Positions 57,887 to 64,000 of a DNA stretch of 64,000 bases are shown piece after piece (within the stretch, counting starts at the first letter, position 1; every line of letters begins with the position of its first letter). The stretch is from positions 64,001-128,000 of the IMG/VR virus record IMGVR_UViG_3300046779_001412; one strand, 5' to 3'. Both the position numbers and the translations under genes were made by a program. This DNA comes from a virus. The notes under the pieces are model-generated. The model worked only from the letters and a program-made list of their open reading frames with translations, was not told the origin of the DNA and did no database searches.

Positions 57887-59425
57887 TTATTCAGCTTCAA
57901 GTTCGTCCAACTTAGATTGATCTAGATCGTTGTCAGATGTGTCTGTATCGGATGTTTCAAAAAGATTGTTAAACATTGAAGTGGCATTTACAGCTCGCTT
58001 GCCTGTAAACCCTCGAGTACCAATTACTCTTTCCCAAATACGTGCATTGTCGTTTATAATTTGCAGACTCTTTTGCCGATCGCAGGCAGCAAACACTTGG
58101 TCAATAAGCCGAGCCACATCGTAGTCTGAATTCAATGGATGTACTAGCATGTCTGGTGATGTGCCAGAATCAAACATTCGGTTAGCACGTTGCACAGCTT
58201 CAATATGCATCCAAACGTTGTGGCCCATGAGCAGTGCATAACTGAAACTATCCCAGCTGGTTCGGCCTTCTTTGCCAATTTTGTTAAGATCTCCGGGTTT
58301 GTAAAAACACACGTCAGATATTTTTAATCTAGCTGATATAGGCGAATCTTCAAAAGCAGGATGTATTCCTTCTTGCATCACAGCATCGCGGAATGATCTT
58401 GAATCAGTAGCAAACTTTTTGTTGTCTGCTGTGGGGCTCATTTGATAACTCCACTTGCTCCTATCTTCGGTAGTAATGGAATGATAGAGCTGACCGTTTG
58501 CTGTAGCAAGGAACGGGCTTGCACAGTCAAAACTGATAGTGAAGTCGGAGTTGTGGTACTTACGTACAGCTCGTTGGATGATTGTGAGAAGTACTGCCCA
58601 TTCCAATTTACTTGTACCTAAGAAGTGCATCCAGTCATGCACGCCCTTTTCTAACAAGCCATCATGTATCAGTGTGATCAATCTTTTTCACACCAGATGT
58701 ACATCACACATATTTTGTCCACCCATGCCCCAACCGTTAAAATGACGTCCGGGATACTTGGTAGGATCACAATACTGTTTCATTAGATCATACCATGCAT
58801 CAGCTTCAGTATGATTGGCACCTTGTAAAACATTCAAGAACTTAGTACCACCTTCTGCAACACCGCGTCGGTGTTTGATAAAGTATTCATTGTTGTAATG
58901 CGTGGCTCGAACAGCGTCGTCGTAGTCTCTAATACCAGTCTTTTCAGTGGCTCCGGGTACATTGGAGGTCCACGTGGGAATGTCCAGAGTCATGCCATAG
59001 TCGGCCATGCCATCTAGCCACTTCAGTGCAGCTTCGCGTTTCTTTTGTGCTCGCGGGCATTTGGGATCTTTCCAATCACCTTCCCATACACCCTTGGCAA
59101 TCTGGAATCCACCCGAGTCGCACAGCAAAGTGGTATGATTGCCACGATTACGCATCATGTCTTCTCGAGGATCAGCCTTGGTTAAATCTAGATTAGCATG
59201 TCCTGCTGAATACAATGCCCAACGATATGGAAACAATCCTGCTTGATCATTTAGGAAATTCATCATCTCCATGTCTGGAATACCTGCAGGCATACGTGTA
59301 GCTTCTACATATTGCTCATAACGTTGACGTCCTACGTAGGTACTGTAAAAACTTGACACAGCTGGAAGAAACACAGCATAGTCGTTTTGTGCAGCAGTCA
59401 GATCATGCTGGTGGTTTATTTTCAT
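57887..59425 (-). CDS. dpdA: TGT-fold guanine transglycosylase (DpdA-like), one in-frame TGA at 58690..58688
   Basis: DSGGFQ, LDIP, VLQG, GG before the stop; HFLG, SFDCAS after it; both ORFs in one frame, 6 nt apart. Confidence 0.75.
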
Positions 59426-59774
59426 TAGTGGCTAGTTGCTTTACTATTTGGAATTTTTCATAGACATCGCGAAGTGCAGGCGATCGTTCAATCAGTTGTT
59501 CTAGATCTTGTTCTTCTTGTTGTTTTTGTCGTGCCCATTTAATTGCTGATTCGGCTTCTGGGCTCAAGCACACTGTGGCGTGTCCGTAATATATGTTTAA
59601 CCAGTTGTAACCATCCCATACCTGTAGACCCTGTGAGCTAGAATCAAATCTCACATCGCCAATCGTAAGAGGAGTTGCACCTACCACTCCTGATGTGTTA
59701 ATATATGGGCCTGCAGATGTAGTTCCTCCTAAGATTTGAACAGACCCACCAGAAGCCGAAATCGTTTTTATCAT
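59403..59774 (-). CDS. hypothetical protein
   Basis: Operon ORF. Confidence 0.65.
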   Translation of the reverse strand: MIKTISASGGSVQILGGTTSAGPYINTSGVVGATPLTIGDVRFDSSSQGLQVWDGYNWLNIYYGHATVCLSPEAESAIKWARQKQQEEQDLEQLIERSPALRDVYEKFQIVKQLATNENKPPA

Positions 59775-60493
59775 TTTTGATGTGCAGGCATGATATAACT
59801 GTAAGTGGCCAAGCCTGAATCAACTACTATTTCAGCAGCTCCGCCGTCTGAAAATTTCACCTTCTTGTCGCCGTTGAGATTGAGAATTGATTGTACCACT
59901 GCCACTGGATAGGCCCAGGGACGTTTTAGTACACCAGATACTCCAGCATGAAACACAAAATTGCCGGCGTGCGTGCTGTGGTCACCAAACAAGAACTTGA
60001 GATTCTGCTTGTCAACTTGTACTTGTAGCAAGGGTTCATCTGAGTTGGCCTGTGCCTGCATGCGCAGTCTTTGAATTGAAGCAACTGCGGGTTCAAACTC
60101 TACGTCCCAGTTCACGCCTTTGAATTTAACATCTTTCACTTGTTGACTCACAATGTCTGCTGACATGAATCTATAAGTGTTGTGAAAGTCGCCGGTTTGA
60201 TTTTCAAAATACACACCGTCAGGATCGCCGTTGGCTTTTTTAGTAATACTGAGTTTGGCATTTTCACGATACTCAGGCAAGTTCAACAGGATCTTTAATT
60301 TACTGAGATTGGGCATGCCAAAGTGGCCGATGAATTCAGCCACTGGTGTATGGAATCGACCTTCAAGTACAACATTCTTGTTTTCTGCATATCCGAAGAT
60401 TGTGGTTTCTTTGTCAGTGCCATCAATCTTGACAAGATCAATGCAACCGAGGTCATAGGTGTGTTCAACTAAGTCTAATAATTGGTCTCTCAT
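59771..60493 (-). CDS. probable DNA sliding clamp (gp45-like)
   Basis: 240 aa, near polymerase, C-terminal YSYIMPA; inferred from size and context. Confidence 0.55.
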   Translation of the reverse strand: MRDQLLDLVEHTYDLGCIDLVKIDGTDKETTIFGYAENKNVVLEGRFHTPVAEFIGHFGMPNLSKLKILLNLPEYRENAKLSITKKANGDPDGVYFENQTGDFHNTYRFMSADIVSQQVKDVKFKGVNWDVEFEPAVASIQRLRMQAQANSDEPLLQVQVDKQNLKFLFGDHSTHAGNFVFHAGVSGVLKRPWAYPVAVVQSILNLNGDKKVKFSDGGAAEIVVDSGLATYSYIMPAHQK

Positions 60494-60531
60494 GTGTTCT
60501 CCTTGTGTATATTATAACGATATTATTTAGA

Positions 60532-61476
60532 TTATCCAAGCGTCTTGGGAATTATTTTTGCCAAGGTCTGTCCACCACGCAGTGTGTTAAACTCTCCTGG
60601 TTTGGTAAGATGCATCCAAAACAAGCCAGTAGACGTGTTTTCGGTTTTCACATGTTGGTACCCTAGACTCTGTGCAAGATTTTCTAGCATGCCGCCTGGT
60701 GTATAACAACAAAAAGAACTTTCACTTAGTTTGACGCCATAGCTTAGATCACAGTTGTTAAATGTAAAAACCAAACTACCACCAGGACGTAGTTTGTGAT
60801 AAAGTTCCACTAGATATTGGCGAATTACTTCTAATGGTCTAAAATTAAAAAAGTAGTAGGCATAAACCAGTCCCAGCTGACCATCAGGTATAAAATCAAA
60901 CAAGGAAGTCTGTTGTTCTTTGACAGCATAGGTTCGTAGATGTCGTTGATATTTGGGATTAAACTGCTCCAGTGCAGGTCTAAGCAACTCATGGTCTGTA
61001 TCAACCATGTACAAAGGGTGGCATGGTACCAACCATCTAATGTGTTCTTCTTTACCAGGCCTTATACACAAGGCTGGATATCGCCAGTCCGACAGATTTT
61101 TTATACAGTGCTTCAGGCCTTCAAGTTCTGTTTCTGGGACCTGTAATCTCCGATTTAGAATATAGTCTACAGTCTCAAAAGAGGACTCCTGAGTGTACCA
61201 TCTGTAGCTGCGAGCAAAGTAATCTGGTTCAACTCTTGCAATTAAATCGTTTACTCCTCGAATCACTGTGTCTAGTGTGCTTTCAAGTTGCTTTAGGCTC
61301 TGATGTACTTGGCCACAACTGGTTTCCAGTAGATGTTCGAATTCATTACGCACAGACACATCATGTCTTACATTTCTTAGCTGTAGGTCAATGTAGTTGT
61401 CCAAGGTCCAACGATATTCACGATTAGTGTTGGTCACTAGATTGTTGCGATAATGAATTAGATCGCTGAGTTTCAT
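60532..61476 (-). CDS. methyltransferase-like protein
   Basis: C-terminal KLRPGGSLVF motif. Confidence 0.6.
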   Translation of the reverse strand: MKLSDLIHYRNNLVTNTNREYRWTLDNYIDLQLRNVRHDVSVRNEFEHLLETSCGQVHQSLKQLESTLDTVIRGVNDLIARVEPDYFARSYRWYTQESSFETVDYILNRRLQVPETELEGLKHCIKNLSDWRYPALCIRPGKEEHIRWLVPCHPLYMVDTDHELLRPALEQFNPKYQRHLRTYAVKEQQTSLFDFIPDGQLGLVYAYYFFNFRPLEVIRQYLVELYHKLRPGGSLVFTFNNCDLSYGVKLSESSFCCYTPGGMLENLAQSLGYQHVKTENTSTGLFWMHLTKPGEFNTLRGGQTLAKIIPKTLG

Positions 61477-64000
61477 GTGAATTCAAATAGGCTTTGGAAA
61501 GTATTAGTAGTGTTGGTTGAACTGTCAATATCCCATTCCAGCACGCCTAATAGGTTGTCTAATTTGCCATCAATCACAGTGGTTTCCATACCATTGTCAT
61601 CAAATGGCAAATCCTTAAACCATTGTGGTAAATGTAGTTCATCAGTGGGATATGCAATAGATGTCCAGTCCAAGGGATTGTTTTTGAGTTTGCATACAAT
61701 GACTTTTTGTCCGTCCATGATTTGCATACTGTAGTTGTCGGAGTGCATGCGCCGCATGGTGTTCCAGTTCATGGCTGCTCGCACATGTCCTGGCATGTTG
61801 GTTTTGCCTTCGCGATCTTCGGCTTTCACAAACTTGGTGAGATTGTTCACACGCTTTGGAGAACCTTTTTCCCAACCCGGACGCTCTTTAAAGTCTAACT
61901 TAAACTGCCGAATTTTTTCTATGATTTGTTCACGGCCAGCTCCTTGTAGCACTTCATTTAATACCTCACTGAGAAAATCTTGAATGACCTTGGGAGTGTC
62001 CGAACGCTTGAGATCAAGTCCCATGGCCTTGACTTTGCCCGGACGACCATTAACATCCACACGTTTGTTTTCTTTGTCAATGTACATCACTGCATAGCGT
62101 TTCTTTGTGATAAACAATCCCTTGGTGGCTACAAGTTCACGCCCGCCACGTATCACTGAGCCCATTTCTCTAGGCACATGAAATGCCTGCTCCATAAATC
62201 CAGGAAAACTTTCGTTGACCTGATCTGCTATGCCGTTGTAGAGTTGAATACAGGTGTCACTAGTCCATTCCATACGGCCTTCTGCTACTTCTTTTTGCAG
62301 CACTGGCCATGCGGAAAAGTAGCAGCTATCTGTGTCACCATAGATTATTGTTTCTCCGACGTGGTCGTATCGTCCGGTGATGCATTCGTTGACGTAGGCG
62401 TCCATGTGCTTGGCGATAGCACGTCCAGTAAGAGTAGTAGACTGACCAATACGCTTATCAAAGAACCTACAACCGGGGTTAAGAATAGCGCCATAAAGGC
62501 TATTAAGATTAATCTTCTTGACAAGTTGGCGCTTGTCCCAGTATTCAAATTTTTCATCATCTACTCCTTCAAATTCTCTAGCTTTCTTCTGCATGTCTTT
62601 GCGTTCGGCATACCAACGTTTGAGCAAGCCTGGCACCACGCCTTCACGTTCATATGTAAAAATAGTGCCATTCGCAGACAGCATCCAGGGCTGACGACTG
62701 TCAAAGATCATTCGCCAGACTTCTGCAGCCGAGTGCACAGATTCCGTGCCATCCTGCCAGTCAATGATGATTTCTGTGCCACGTTGCTGTTCCATCACAG
62801 CAGTATATTCAAGAGTGCCAAACAGGCCCTCCCAGCTGGCAGCAAAGCTCATTCTTTGTTGCTGTCGCTCTTGAATATAACGATTGGTCATGTGCGGTCT
62901 AAGTTGACCAATAATGGTTTCCGGTGCCATGTTAAGAGCGCGGATTGCTGAGGGATACAGCGAGTTGATGTCAATGGAACCGATCCACTCGTGGAGCCCT
63001 TTTTTGGGATAAGCAACATAGGCACCTGCTGCTTGCGTGTCGTCATCACTGTATCTCTCCTGTCGATTAGGTACAACCATACCACGCTCATGCGCTTCGT
63101 TGATAATGGCTTGTTCAGTAACTGCCACAGCACCCATGGTAGTGGGCAACAACACTGTGTTTTCATGCGCCAGAGTATTGGCTAGATCCAAGAACCTAAG
63201 TTTTTTGTCAAGCGAGGCTAACCCATTAACATCCTGTCGGTTGTACTCAATGAACTTGCGGAAGTCTTGATTGTAGAGTTGATCCAATGTACCTTCATAT
63301 TTGGTCTTGCCTGCTAGTTCTTCATATTCAAGTATGGAATCAAGACTGTAAGAGTGGCGCTCTTCGTAAGTGTACTTTCTATAGAGCTGCATATAATCCA
63401 TGTGCACACGGCCCACCAGGTCAAACGTTAGAGCTTCTGCGCCAAAACGTTCAAAGGTACGTGACTTAGGAAACTGCCCCCATAAACAGAATTTGCGTGT
63501 GTCATCTTTACTGAGCACTCGAGTCACACGCTGCACAGTATAAGGAATATCATAGCCTTCGGAGTTCCAACCTGACAGTACATCTGCATCATCTATGAGA
63601 TCAAGAAACATCAACAGCATTTCTGCTTCGGACTCAAACAAAAACGTATTGGGGAAGTCACTAACCTGTTGTTGTGCAGTCTCCATGCTGATGCTACGAG
63701 GAGGAACTGCCATGGTCACCAATTGATCCAGCCAGCCAAGATACACTGATATTGCTGTGATAGCATTAAAGGGATCATCAGGACGACTGTACCCACGTTC
63801 CGGATCAAAGTCTACCTCGATGTCAAAAAACGCTGCGTTGAGCCTGGGCGCATCTTGACCTTTGTAGTTGTCTTCTAAACAACGAAACACAGGATTTATA
63901 TCTGACTCGTAGCATTGTTTGCCACTTTGCATGCGAAGTTCTTTACGAAATTCTTTGTTGCTGCGTGTGGAAAATCTAGCTACTTGCGTGCCGTATATGC
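61473..64000 (-). CDS. family B DNA polymerase (N-terminus outside window)
   Basis: DIE exonuclease, DINSLYPS, KINLNSLYG, YGDTDS; frame open to window end. Confidence 0.97.
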   Translation of the reverse strand, partial: IYGTQVARFSTRSNKEFRKELRMQSGKQCYESDINPVFRCLEDNYKGQDAPRLNAAFFDIEVDFDPERGYSRPDDPFNAITAISVYLGWLDQLVTMAVPPRSISMETAQQQVSDFPNTFLFESEAEMLLMFLDLIDDADVLSGWNSEGYDIPYTVQRVTRVLSKDDTRKFCLWGQFPKSRTFERFGAEALTFDLVGRVHMDYMQLYRKYTYEERHSYSLDSILEYEELAGKTKYEGTLDQLYNQDFRKFIEYNRQDVNGLASLDKKLRFLDLANTLAHENTVLLPTTMGAVAVTEQAIINEAHERGMVVPNRQERYSDDDTQAAGAYVAYPKKGLHEWIGSIDINSLYPSAIRALNMAPETIIGQLRPHMTNRYIQERQQQRMSFAASWEGLFGTLEYTAVMEQQRGTEIIIDWQDGTESVHSAAEVWRMIFDSRQPWMLSANGTIFTYEREGVVPGLLKRWYAERKDMQKKAREFEGVDDEKFEYWDKRQLVKKINLNSLYGAILNPGCRFFDKRIGQSTTLTGRAIAKHMDAYVNECITGRYDHVGETIIYGDTDSCYFSAWPVLQKEVAEGRMEWTSDTCIQLYNGIADQVNESFPGFMEQAFHVPREMGSVIRGGRELVATKGLFITKKRYAVMYIDKENKRVDVNGRPGKVKAMGLDLKRSDTPKVIQDFLSEVLNEVLQGAGREQIIEKIRQFKLDFKERPGWEKGSPKRVNNLTKFVKAEDREGKTNMPGHVRAAMNWNTMRRMHSDNYSMQIMDGQKVIVCKLKNNPLDWTSIAYPTDELHLPQWFKDLPFDDNGMETTVIDGKLDNLLGVLEWDIDSSTNTTNTFQSLFEFT

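Noticed and set aside
58640-58690. Selenocysteine at the dpdA TGA
   Set aside because: No convincing SECIS-like hairpin after the TGA, no tRNA-Sec, and no evidence of a catalytic Cys position.
62178-62951. 257-aa plus-strand ORF and similar antisense ORFs in groEL, ahcY and the vWA gene
   Set aside because: Shadow frames of well-supported minus-strand genes, with no motifs or RBS.
61473-64000. Intein or intron in the DNA polymerase
   Set aside because: Motif spacing and length look normal; no splice or homing endonuclease signature.

Overview
64 kb of a large lytic dsDNA phage genome (T4-like/jumbo style), almost all on the minus strand; GroEL, PstS, AhcY, PqqA and tmRNA resemble proteobacterial, probably betaproteobacterial, host genes. 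It holds replication and nucleotide genes (family B DNA polymerase, probable sliding clamp, 5'-3' exonuclease, ThyX), a 7-deazaguanine module (FolE, QueD, QueE, a second T-fold protein and a TGT/DpdA-like gene broken by one in-frame TGA), many sugar-, methyl- and radical-SAM enzymes, and host-like genes (groES/EL, rpoZ, ahcY, pstS plus porin behind a Pho box). RNA genes are a permuted two-piece tmRNA and 26 tRNA genes (one degenerate, none for Val) mixed with candidate structured ncRNAs. The most notable features are missed by the ORF track. (1) A leaderless 41-codon uORF at the head of the tRNA array uses all 20 amino acids and 33 different codons and overlaps mutually exclusive antiterminator/terminator hairpins, which looks like an attenuator sensing loss of any tRNA. 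(2) A pqqA precursor peptide gene. (3) A repeated constant-stem, variable-loop hairpin that pairs with tRNA/tmRNA CCA ends. Everything was called by eye from motifs and base pairing; no searches or folding programs were run.
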